Shown piece by piece: positions 28,617 to 37,219 of a stretch of 64,000 nt of DNA. The first letter of the stretch is position 1. Each line of letters begins with the position of its first letter. A model generated the notes under the pieces. It was not told the DNA's origin. It ran no database searches and saw nothing but the letters and a program-made list of their open reading frames with translations. The stretch covers positions 7,483 to 71,482 of the forward strand of contig CALETH010000070.1 in NCBI GenBank assembly GCA_937920105.1, given 5' to 3'. Source of the DNA: an uncultured Bacteroidota bacterium (GTDB lineage Bacteria; Bacteroidota; Ignavibacteria; UBA10030; UBA8401). A program made the translations under genes and the position numbers.

Positions 28617-29108
28617 ATGTATAATCAACAATTCTTACTCACCATTACCGGAACTTCACCCTACATGCGAGAAGTAAAGGGAAATGAAGAACGTGGAATA
28701 AAACTCACCGGAATAGTAGAAGTTGATAATTCCAATTTCTTTGATGATATCGAAGTTGGAGGTAAAGAAAGGAAACAAGGGTTACAACACATCTTAAGCG
28801 GAGCATTGCCGGTAGATGGTGAAATTCCTTTGAAGTTTTCAAAACGTGATGATTTAGTTATGAAGTTACCACGTTGCACAAAACAAAAAGTAGAAATCAC
28901 AAAAATAAAATTACGTGTTCCCGGAGTGAGTAAAAAATATGGATTGAAACTTGATTTGATGTTACCCAATCTGCCAAAAACTGTTGCTGCAGAAATATTC
29001 ACAAAATTAAAAGATTCTGAACTTGTTACAATTGAACCACTGCAGGAAGATATCAAGTTTGAAGAACCGAACGAGAAGAATCAAAAAAATAACAAACGAA
29101 AAAAGTAA
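28617..29108 (+). CDS. Hypothetical protein
   Basis: ORF with aggaga RBS. Confidence 0.35.
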   Translation: MYNQQFLLTITGTSPYMREVKGNEERGIKLTGIVEVDNSNFFDDIEVGGKERKQGLQHILSGALPVDGEIPLKFSKRDDLVMKLPRCTKQKVEITKIKLRVPGVSKKYGLKLDLMLPNLPKTVAAEIFTKLKDSELVTIEPLQEDIKFEEPNEKNQKNNKRKK

Positions 29109-29111
29109 ATA

Positions 29112-29567
29112 ATGAAAATCTTTGCTATAGACCCCGGCACGCTACAATCTGCTTACATTCTTTGGAATGGAAAAAATGTTCTTGAAAAAGGCATTGTAAA
29201 TAACGCTTTGTTACTTGAAACAATAATTCCTTCTTTAGAAATGAATCTTTCTATTATTGAAATGGTGGCAAGTTATGGTATGCCGGTTGGCAAAGAAATT
29301 TTTGAAACAGTCCGGTGGATTGGCAGATTTGAGGAAAGAATTTTAACAGTTGGTTATTCAAAAAAAGTAGAACTTGTTTATAGAAGAGAAGTGAAGTTAC
29401 ATCACTGTCATTCTGCAAAAGCAAAAGATGCTAATATACGGCAAGCATTAGTTGATAAATATGGCAAACCCGGAACAAAGAAAAATCCAGGTGTAACGTA
29501 TGGCATTACTAAAGATATGTGGAGTGCGTTTGCACTTGCAACATATAAAATGGAGGGTCAAAAATGA
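29112..29567 (+). CDS. RuvC-like Holliday-junction resolvase (phage type)
   Basis: MKIFAIDPGTLQSAYILW N-terminus resembles RuvC/YqgF-fold resolvases. Confidence 0.4.
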   Translation: MKIFAIDPGTLQSAYILWNGKNVLEKGIVNNALLLETIIPSLEMNLSIIEMVASYGMPVGKEIFETVRWIGRFEERILTVGYSKKVELVYRREVKLHHCHSAKAKDANIRQALVDKYGKPGTKKNPGVTYGITKDMWSAFALATYKMEGQK

Positions 29568-29755
29568 ATGCACGAAGAGAATATCGTAATAAAAAAATTC
29601 GAGAATTTTTTAAAAAAGAAATAGAGAAAAAACATTCTGCCGAAAAAATAATTGATGAGCTTGCTCAACAATATTGTTTAGAATGGGATACAATTCGACA
29701 GATTGTGTACGATAAGAAATACGGAAAGAGAGGGAATGCAAAAAGTAATCTTTAA
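29564..29755 (+). CDS. Hypothetical small basic protein
   Basis: ORF overlapping the previous stop. Confidence 0.25.
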   Translation: MNARREYRNKKIREFFKKEIEKKHSAEKIIDELAQQYCLEWDTIRQIVYDKKYGKRGNAKSNL

Positions 29756-29761
29756 ATGATA

Positions 29762-30088
29762 TTAGTTATGGTTTTTTTCAGAACTATCTTCCTCATCCTC
29801 ACCACGTTGAATAATTTCCCGCAACCATTCAAAATAACCCTTATCCATTCTAACGGCATGATGAGTAATTTCTTTATTCTTTTTTGCTAAATCCCTTGCA
29901 ATTTCCACCGCTTCCTTTGCTGTCATTTCTGCTTTAGTAAGAAGTGCTGCATTAAGCATAGATTGCATTTTGGTTTCTGTATAGTTACGCCAACCATTAT
30001 GAGAGATATAATCCAAAAAAGAAATAAGAAAAAACCATCCTATCAATAATACCACTGTTAAAAAAAACAGTATCATTAATTCAATCAT
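29762..30088 (-). CDS. Small single-pass membrane protein (cargo cassette)
   Basis: N-terminal TM helix. It overlaps the upstream gene by 8 nt. Confidence 0.4.
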   Translation of the reverse strand: MIELMILFFLTVVLLIGWFFLISFLDYISHNGWRNYTETKMQSMLNAALLTKAEMTAKEAVEIARDLAKKNKEITHHAVRMDKGYFEWLREIIQRGEDEEDSSEKNHN

Positions 30089-30827
30089 GAGTTAATATCT
30101 CTCCAATCTTTTTCTTTGCTGTCTTATTATATTTTTTAAATTGATACAAACCATAAATAATTGTAAGATTTTTGCAAATATTCACTACGGGATATAATAC
30201 TCGTAATAACGGAAGTGATTCTAAATATGTATGAATGATAATATTACAAAACGCTGCTAATGCAACGGCAACCACAATAAAAAAATACGGATTGTGAGTT
30301 GGAGGAACGCTACTATTGGTAATAAAATAGGAGAATGTAAAAAGTCCAGTGGTGATAAGAATAAAACATGATGTATTGTAAGAAATAGTACCCAAACCAT
30401 TAAATGGTTCTATTCCCGATATTTTGAGATATGACCAAAAAATAATAAACCCAGTTATTAACCCATAACAAAGATATTTTACGATAGAATGTTTGTATGT
30501 CCAAGAAGTAAAAGCATATACAAAAACTATAAAGGAGAGCAATGTGTAAATATGTTTCAATAATAATTCATTACCGCGAAAAATATTTTGTAGAAATATA
30601 CCTAATGACGTTTGATAGCCAATGTAATAATCTTGAAAAATAAGTACCGTAATGATATCAAATAATGGGCTAAAAATAGAAAGAGAAAATATTAATATTA
30701 ATGTTAAAGGTAATACATCTTCCCATTTAGATTTAACTTCCCTCCAAAAATTAAAAATATAAACATTGGCCGCTATTGAAATAAAAAGTGCCATAAAAGA
30801 ATGAAATATAGAAAATTTATCTACCAT
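30081..30827 (-). CDS. Polytopic membrane protein (cargo cassette; paralogue of 63220-63894)
   Basis: About 7 TM segments. SGIEPFNGLGTIS...VPPTHNPYFF aligns with VGLENFHAMDLMS...IPPIKPDPLYQ of the host copy. Confidence 0.5.
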   Translation of the reverse strand: MVDKFSIFHSFMALFISIAANVYIFNFWREVKSKWEDVLPLTLILIFSLSIFSPLFDIITVLIFQDYYIGYQTSLGIFLQNIFRGNELLLKHIYTLLSFIVFVYAFTSWTYKHSIVKYLCYGLITGFIIFWSYLKISGIEPFNGLGTISYNTSCFILITTGLFTFSYFITNSSVPPTHNPYFFIVVAVALAAFCNIIIHTYLESLPLLRVLYPVVNICKNLTIIYGLYQFKKYNKTAKKKIGEILTHD

Positions 30828-30871
30828 AGAATAATCCTTTCAGAAATGTAGAGAACTAATATTTATAGTTA

Positions 30872-31627
30872 TTATTTAGGTGGTGGTAGAAATATATCAT
30901 CCTCTTTAAAATTTGTTTCTTTAGGTGGTAGCAATATGTTATCATTTGCTCCAATGCCGGATTTAAATAAAGGAGCAGAACTATTAACATTTACCAATAC
31001 AAACGTAAATGCGTTTTTAGTAGTTCCACAATATAATCGAATACCAGCTACGTTTGGATTTGCTAACAACCGTTCAATACTTTCTCGCGAAGACCACTTT
31101 TGTGAAACTCCATTAACATTTACGCTTCCGTTCTGTGTAAGTTGTAACCCTGTAGCATAACTAATTTCTTGCCCTTCATTTACCGCAGTACTTTTTATTA
31201 TTTCTCCATACATATTTAAAGGATAGAGTACTGTAGTAAATCTCCCAACATCATTTATTGCTAAACACATTGCAACGCCTCGTACTTCTTTAGAAAAGAA
31301 AATTTTAGACCACATTGCACGTGGTACATATGTATTAGTTACACCTCTTACATTTTGTGTATAGTAAGAAGTTTTTTCCTGTGCTTCTTTATTTGTTAAT
31401 GGTCTTCCACCACCATTCACCCAATCTAAATTTTCTCTTCGTGGAAATAATCGTGTTGTTCTTAAATACGAATCTTGTGTTTCTGTTTGGATGGTTTGTT
31501 GTTGGGGCAGAAAATTTTCTGCCCGTACGGATTGTTGTGTATCTTGTGGTGAGGTGGGACTTTCATTATTACATCCGATGAGAATGTATGAAAGAAATAC
31601 AAATGAGATAATGATATAATTTTTCAT
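30872..31627 (-). CDS. Lipoprotein (cargo cassette; paralogue of 62525-63190)
   Basis: Lipobox LIGC. GCNNESPTSPQDTQQSVRAENFLPQQ aligns with GCNNEAPTSPQEPQQNVRAENFPPQQ of the host copy. Similarity runs to the C-terminus (LPPPK/MPPPSK). Confidence 0.55.
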   Translation of the reverse strand: MKNYIIISFVFLSYILIGCNNESPTSPQDTQQSVRAENFLPQQQTIQTETQDSYLRTTRLFPRRENLDWVNGGGRPLTNKEAQEKTSYYTQNVRGVTNTYVPRAMWSKIFFSKEVRGVAMCLAINDVGRFTTVLYPLNMYGEIIKSTAVNEGQEISYATGLQLTQNGSVNVNGVSQKWSSRESIERLLANPNVAGIRLYCGTTKNAFTFVLVNVNSSAPLFKSGIGANDNILLPPKETNFKEDDIFLPPPK

Positions 31628-31651
31628 AAGATTTTATTATAAGTTAATAAA

Positions 31652-32020
31652 TTAGTTTTTGGGTGCTATTTTCTTCTGTTGTTTTCTTTCTTTAAAGAAA
31701 GTATAAAAAATGTAGATGAACATTACATCTGTATAGAAACTTAATACCGTACCGGCTATTCCTGTTCCTAAAAATGTTATTTCGTTTTCGTTGGTTGTAG
31801 GAATAATATACATTGTCCACAAACGACCGAAGGACCATACGGCTATTGTTCCGGCAATGACATAAGCAAAATAAGGAACGTGTGAGTTTTTTTGTTTTTG
31901 TATTTTCTCAAACCTTTTACGATTAATAACAATAAGTGAAGCAGCAATGCAATATAAAATAACTACTGCAGTCTTTAACATTATTTGTTGGTTTTCAAAA
32001 ATAGAATTTAAAAATCCCAT
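31652..32020 (-). CDS. Small membrane protein
   Basis: 3-4 predicted TM helices. Confidence 0.4.
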   Translation of the reverse strand: MGFLNSIFENQQIMLKTAVVILYCIAASLIVINRKRFEKIQKQKNSHVPYFAYVIAGTIAVWSFGRLWTMYIIPTTNENEITFLGTGIAGTVLSFYTDVMFIYIFYTFFKERKQQKKIAPKN

Positions 32021-32106
32021 AACACAAAATTAGTTTTTAACACAATTTTACTTTTACAGCAGTATAATACTATTTCAAAATTTGGCTATATGTAGCCACT
32101 CCTTAC

Positions 32107-32150
32107 AAAAAACACGAAAGCGGAGAAGGTATTTCACTTCGTCCGCTTTC
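32107..32150 (-). terminator. Rho-independent terminator (minus strand) after the T9SS cargo gene
   Basis: Stem gaaagcgga/tccgctttc with a T-run on the minus strand (plus-strand aaaaaaca). Confidence 0.5.
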
Positions 32151-32277
32151 AGTAACTTCCATATTTTGTATGGAAACACTTTGTAGGTTTCTATAGAAAA
32201 TTATGCTATGCAATGGTGTGTAATATTATATGTTGGTTACATTATATAATTTAATTTTAAGAATGTCAAGAGATTAT

Positions 32278-32904
32278 TTATTTCACCAGCATCATCCGTT
32301 TTCTAAATACCTCAGTTTTGCCTGTTTCATTTTTGTAGCGACACTCATAAATATACATTCCGCTGGACACACTACTTGCATTCCATTGTTGTTGATGGTA
32401 ACCTGCTGTTTGTTCTTGCTCTACTAATTTGGAAATTTCTTGTCCCAATGTGTTGTAAATTACTAACTGCACAAATCCATTGGTTGGTAATTGATAGGTA
32501 ATTGTTGTTATGGGATTGAATGGGTTGGGATAGTTTTGTTGTAACTCAAATTTTTCTGGTGCTAATATTGTATAAGCAATTTCTTTTTTCCATTCTTCTC
32601 CATTAGTAGATTGTACAACTATGGTAAATTTTTGTTCTGTATTGACTGGTGCTGTTTTTTCTATTGCAAAGTTGAGTGTGATAGTTTTTTCTTCTTGGCT
32701 ATTCAAGGATATTTCTTGTACTGAATTATTTTTTATAGTTATTCCTTGTGGGAGGTTTTCTACTTTTACGGAGAGTGTTGTAGTAATAACTCCAGTATTG
32801 GCAATGGTAAATTCTACAGAATTATTTTTTGATGCAAAGGGTATTTTTGCTGTTTCTGCTTTGGCAATGTTGAGCAAGAAGAGGATGATGATGAGTTTTT
32901 TCAT
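32278..32904 (-). CDS. Small secreted protein with T9SS C-terminal sorting domain (prophage cargo)
   Basis: Signal peptide. C-terminus NYPNPFNPITTITYQLPTNGFVQLVIYNTLGQEI...GMYIYECR is the T9SS CTD signature. Confidence 0.7.
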   Translation of the reverse strand: MKKLIIILFLLNIAKAETAKIPFASKNNSVEFTIANTGVITTTLSVKVENLPQGITIKNNSVQEISLNSQEEKTITLNFAIEKTAPVNTEQKFTIVVQSTNGEEWKKEIAYTILAPEKFELQQNYPNPFNPITTITYQLPTNGFVQLVIYNTLGQEISKLVEQEQTAGYHQQQWNASSVSSGMYIYECRYKNETGKTEVFRKRMMLVK

Positions 32905-32958
32905 AAAAGTTTTTAGTTATTAGTGTATAATTTTTTGTTATTTCTACAAAAGAGTCAT

Positions 32959-32990
32959 AGTCATTCCCGCACGTTGTAAGGGGGAATTCA
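32959..32990. repeat. REP-like palindromic element copy 3 (inside the prophage cargo island)
   Basis: AGTCATTCCCGCACGTTGTAAGGGGGAATTCA shares its termini with the host copies. Confidence 0.5.
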
Positions 32991-33077
32991 GTTTAAAATA
33001 TTTAGAACGCTGATTTCTTAAGATTATTACTGATTATTTTCTTATTCTATTTTTCTTACTTCTTCTACCTTCTTATT

Positions 33078-34418
33078 TTATTTCTTCAATCTTTCCAAAA
33101 TATATTTAGAATTATCCGTTAAAAAATCATATCCATCTTTGGTAACAAAACGTGGTGTGTTAAGTTTGAGATATTCTTTTTCTAATTTGCTGTTGTATTT
33201 TTCCAACTCGGTGATACATTTGTTTTTATTGTTTTGCAAATAATGATTTTTTGCATTGCTGATGGTAAGAGTTAGTTCGTTGACAAAGTTTGCATTACCA
33301 ATCCAGTTGAGTGTAGCAGATTGTTTAGTAAAAGATGCTAATGTATCTAACGTGGCGGGAATAGACAAAGAATCTAAATGCTCATTAATATTTTCTTGAT
33401 AATGGTCTCTTAATTCATAATAAAGATGAGTATAGTAAGACCCACCCTGTGGAAGTTGGGCTAATAATTTTTGTAATTCATATTTAACTACTGGTGTAAT
33501 AAGGTCTTGCATACGCCATATTACATTATATGCTAATGAAGTATCGGTAATTGGCGGAGTGATTAAAGCCATACATGCGGGAATAACGGATACATCATTA
33601 TAATATTCTATAAGATGCCAAATTGCTTCATACCGTACTTTTGTTGATGTATCAGTAAAAGCGAACTGTTTGAACAATGTATAGGTTTCTGAAAAATCTT
33701 TAAAATTAATTAATACACCGACAGCATGAGCACGGTATTCTACATTAGGAACGGTTAATAATTCTTTATATCGTGTATAGACTTGTGAACGTAAAGGAAG
33801 ATTTCTTCCAAACCATGCTAAATAATTTTGATTTATTTGTGTATATGGAAGCGAGGAATAATAATTGTAATACGAATAATCTTGATGATGAAGCACTACA
33901 CACAATGCTTTTTCAAATGCATCATCTATCCATTTTATATAGTAAGGGGCGGGACGTGGATTTTGCCTTCTTGTTATTATCGTATCCAATAATGCTTTTG
34001 CCATTGGATATGCATCAGGGTCACCAAGCTGGTCTAATGCAAGAAGATAATCACCCATTAAATAAGTATGTTTTACATTTCCTTGTAATGATTCATAATA
34101 TCGTTGTTTCATAGCGGGGATAATATCTGTTTTTCCACGAGCTGCTAACATAATATATGCTCCGTGGCTTTTTTCATAAAAACGGTTTCTCCTTATTTGT
34201 TGTGTGTTTTCATCATAATTTTGGTAGTTTGTGGTATCAATTAATAATGAATATAATTGTGCCTCTGTTACTGTTTTTTCTTCTCTTGGAGTGTTAAAAA
34301 CTCGTAAAAGCCAAAGCATTTTTATCCCTGCCTCTTCGGAAAAACAGGGATTGTTCTGTGCAATAGTTATTGATGTTATAGATAATATTATCGTACATAA
34401 AAAAATGTATCGTTTCAT
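33078..34418 (-). CDS. Hypothetical secreted protein (446 aa)
   Basis: Signal peptide and no recognisable catalytic motif. Largely helical, Tyr-rich composition. Confidence 0.45.
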   Translation of the reverse strand: MKRYIFLCTIILSITSITIAQNNPCFSEEAGIKMLWLLRVFNTPREEKTVTEAQLYSLLIDTTNYQNYDENTQQIRRNRFYEKSHGAYIMLAARGKTDIIPAMKQRYYESLQGNVKHTYLMGDYLLALDQLGDPDAYPMAKALLDTIITRRQNPRPAPYYIKWIDDAFEKALCVVLHHQDYSYYNYYSSLPYTQINQNYLAWFGRNLPLRSQVYTRYKELLTVPNVEYRAHAVGVLINFKDFSETYTLFKQFAFTDTSTKVRYEAIWHLIEYYNDVSVIPACMALITPPITDTSLAYNVIWRMQDLITPVVKYELQKLLAQLPQGGSYYTHLYYELRDHYQENINEHLDSLSIPATLDTLASFTKQSATLNWIGNANFVNELTLTISNAKNHYLQNNKNKCITELEKYNSKLEKEYLKLNTPRFVTKDGYDFLTDNSKYILERLKK

Positions 34419-34436
34419 AAATGTTCTCCGTAAATA

Positions 34437-36383
34437 TTATAAGTTAAATTTTGTTTTGATTGCTTTCACTAAATTCTCAAGATATTTTTTTTCTTTTTCA
34501 TGGGCTATAATTTCATTGGCATTCCAAAGTTTTGTATCAGTATCAAATGGACCAATTTTTCCTCGTAAAGTCATATCCACATCTCTTTCTTTATCTTTAA
34601 GTTGTTGTTGAGTGATGTTTTGTGCAAGCGTTGTCGGCATACAAGGGTTAGTAATTTGTAGTTCTGTTTTTACTGTATCTATAATTCTTGCTATACCGGC
34701 TTTATATTCCGTTGCGTGAGTGAGTTCATGCAATGCAATCCCTTCTAAAGAAACATAATTGTTCATCGGGATGGATTTTTCTGCATCAGTTAGTTTTTTT
34801 GCTGGGTCAAACTCATTGGCTTTTTGATATCTTTTAATCACTTTTTCAATATCTTTCATTTGTTTTTCGTACTCTTTTACAACAGCAATGGCCATGTTTT
34901 TATCGGTAACTTGGTTCACGTTATCCACCTTTGTTTTACCAGAATTAGCACAAATAAAAACTCCAATATTTGCATAGACATCTGCTATTTCGTATTTCAC
35001 ACAATTTCTTTGTTGGTCTAAACATAATACTAATTGCAGCATGTTTTGGGTTTCGTCCGGCAGTTGCAATCGCGTATATCCGCCTTCATCACAATTAGCA
35101 CCCATAACGTAATTTTCTGTTATAGAAAATTGAGACGGATTGTTGCATGGCTCAAATTTTTCACCATCTACTTTAAAAAGTGCTTGTGCAATTTTCTTTA
35201 ACCAATTCGCTGTTAAAATAACTGTTGGTGTAGAAGTTACATTACTATTTGCTGCACTCGAACCCACCAATCCTTTTAATCCATCCAACCCGCCGTTTTT
35301 TGCTGTTGTTGTTGGTGGTGGTGGTGGTGCATTTGTCGGCTGACCTATCACTTTTACTTTTCCTGCTAATACTTCATCTAAAGTTGCGGTGGTATAATTT
35401 ATTCCTGCTAATTCTGGTTTATCTAAAGAAAAATTTATGATACTATTTCCAGGTAAGGTAGAAGTAATATCGGTACTATCACTTCTGTATCCTTTTACAC
35501 TCACAATGGCACTATCTCCATAATTAATACTATCTGGGGTAACAAATACTTTGATGTGGTGTAAATCATTTGCACGAATGAGTATTAACTTTCCAGTTGT
35601 ATCACTGGCACTTCCGGCAATATTGGTGGCTGTTACTTGTACCGGTGTTCGTAATGTATCTCCGGGTTTTATTTGGTTAAGATAGTTTTGTGTATTAAAT
35701 GTTTGTTGCGGCGACCATGTTGTTGTTGGTGCGTATTTTCCTGCTGGTGTAGTTGAACAGGTATAACTTGCTATAGGAAATGTTGTTGTTTGACTGCTGA
35801 TAGTATATTGTTTTATTTTTGTTCCGGTGATACTTACCGTTGGTTTTGGTATTGGTCTGTAACGGATAGTTCCGTGAAGTTCATAGGGTCCACTTCCATT
35901 GGGATAATTGATACTTCTATAGACATTAGTGGTAATAAGGTCTCCTTGTGTTGGTGGAACTACTGGTTGATACTGAATAGAGGTTGTATTGTATGGTGGT
36001 GATATGCCGTAATTATATTCTGGTCCGTTATAGTTTTTTACTTCTGCAGTAGTACTTAATGGGACTGGTCCGATAGTAGGACTTCGCACCATCCATACAG
36101 TTTTACCAGGAAATCTTGCATTGAGTGCAATGGTATCTACTTGTCCGGTAGAAAGTTCTAATCGTGTAAGTCCTCCCATTCCAGGCCATGGTGTATAGGG
36201 ATAATAATAGAGATGGTAATAATAATAAATATCTACCCATGTTGTAGTTTGGTCTGGTGTACTTGTTGCTTGCAATGGTATTTTGAGTTTTGGTTGTATC
36301 TCTAATCGTTCTTTAATGATGACTTGGGAATAAAGTGAGAAGGAAGAAAGAAGTAGTATGAAAAGCGTAGCGAATTTTTTCAT
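34437..36383 (-). CDS. Large secreted protein with C-terminal HEXXH (putative zinc-metallopeptidase-like) domain
   Basis: Signal peptide, a beta-rich N-terminal half, a PPPPP linker and a C-terminal LEGIALHELTHATEYKAG HExxH motif. Confidence 0.5.
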   Translation of the reverse strand: MKKFATLFILLLSSFSLYSQVIIKERLEIQPKLKIPLQATSTPDQTTTWVDIYYYYHLYYYPYTPWPGMGGLTRLELSTGQVDTIALNARFPGKTVWMVRSPTIGPVPLSTTAEVKNYNGPEYNYGISPPYNTTSIQYQPVVPPTQGDLITTNVYRSINYPNGSGPYELHGTIRYRPIPKPTVSITGTKIKQYTISSQTTTFPIASYTCSTTPAGKYAPTTTWSPQQTFNTQNYLNQIKPGDTLRTPVQVTATNIAGSASDTTGKLILIRANDLHHIKVFVTPDSINYGDSAIVSVKGYRSDSTDITSTLPGNSIINFSLDKPELAGINYTTATLDEVLAGKVKVIGQPTNAPPPPPTTTAKNGGLDGLKGLVGSSAANSNVTSTPTVILTANWLKKIAQALFKVDGEKFEPCNNPSQFSITENYVMGANCDEGGYTRLQLPDETQNMLQLVLCLDQQRNCVKYEIADVYANIGVFICANSGKTKVDNVNQVTDKNMAIAVVKEYEKQMKDIEKVIKRYQKANEFDPAKKLTDAEKSIPMNNYVSLEGIALHELTHATEYKAGIARIIDTVKTELQITNPCMPTTLAQNITQQQLKDKERDVDMTLRGKIGPFDTDTKLWNANEIIAHEKEKKYLENLVKAIKTKFNL

Positions 36384-36475
36384 AAAAATTTTGATTAAGT
36401 TAAAGATGTATAATTATATAACCTTGTTTTTATTAAAACAATTAATAAAAAATTTCAAATAGTATAACCCTTATA

Positions 36476-36503
36476 TTGACAAATTTCAAGTATGTAGTAT
36501 ATT
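36476..36503 (+). promoter_or_regulatory. Sigma70-like promoter (TTGACA-16-TATATT), candidate late promoter
   Basis: -35 at 36476-36481 and -10 at 36498-36503. An intrinsic terminator follows about 50 nt downstream. Confidence 0.4.
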
Positions 36504-36552
36504 AGGTCTGTGGAGAGTGAATCTCCGTAATGCGTTCTCCGTGTTTTATTTA

Positions 36553-36588
36553 AGCCCGTTGCTGGTCCCAGCGGTAACGGGCTTTTTT
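36553..36588 (+). terminator. Strong intrinsic terminator immediately upstream of the packaging operon (tR'-like)
   Basis: agcccgtt...aacgggct stem with an inner gctgg/ccagc, then TTTTTT. Confidence 0.6.
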
Positions 36589-36610
36589 ATTGTACCTCAC
36601 ACAAAAAAGT

Positions 36611-37219
36611 ATGAACATCACCGATAGAATTCTCAAAACAGAAAAAATTGCATGGCGTGAATTGGAATGGTTCATTATTGAAAAGAATGTTGAAGTAAAA
36701 GAAATATTGCAATCCAATTTTGATAAACTGAAAAAAAGTTTGTTAGAAAATTCTGTTATTCAAACGTTCGCTGTGTGGGAGCATGACGGCAAGATAGTAA
36801 TTTTGGATGGAAGGGAAAAACAAAAAGCACTTCAAGAATTAGAGAATGAAGGACACACTATTCCGGATATACTTTCTGCAAATTTTATTGAATGCAAAAA
36901 TACTGCAGAAGCCGCAAAAGTAGTATTACTGTATTCTTCCATTTATGCAAAACTTACGGAAGAAGGTTTATCCTATTTGATTGCTCTTACACAAACTGAC
37001 CTTAATAAATTAATAAAAGAAATAGAACTACCATCATTCAATTTGAGCAAGTTTGTAGAAAAACAATTGACTGAAGAAAACGGAATTTCTCCGTTAAAAG
37101 AATTCAATTACACTCCGCAGTATGGAGTGATTGTTTTGTGTGAAGATGAAGAAAAACAAAAAATCATTTACGAAAAATTAAGCGGGCAAGGATATTCTTG
37201 CCGAGTTGTTGTTACATGA
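36611..37219 (+). CDS. Putative ParB/Srx-like nuclease-domain protein
   Basis: ATG at 36611. Only a loose ParB-N pattern (...VILDGREKQKAL...). Its stop overlaps the next start (ATGA). Confidence 0.3.
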   Translation: MNITDRILKTEKIAWRELEWFIIEKNVEVKEILQSNFDKLKKSLLENSVIQTFAVWEHDGKIVILDGREKQKALQELENEGHTIPDILSANFIECKNTAEAAKVVLLYSSIYAKLTEEGLSYLIALTQTDLNKLIKEIELPSFNLSKFVEKQLTEENGISPLKEFNYTPQYGVIVLCEDEEKQKIIYEKLSGQGYSCRVVVT

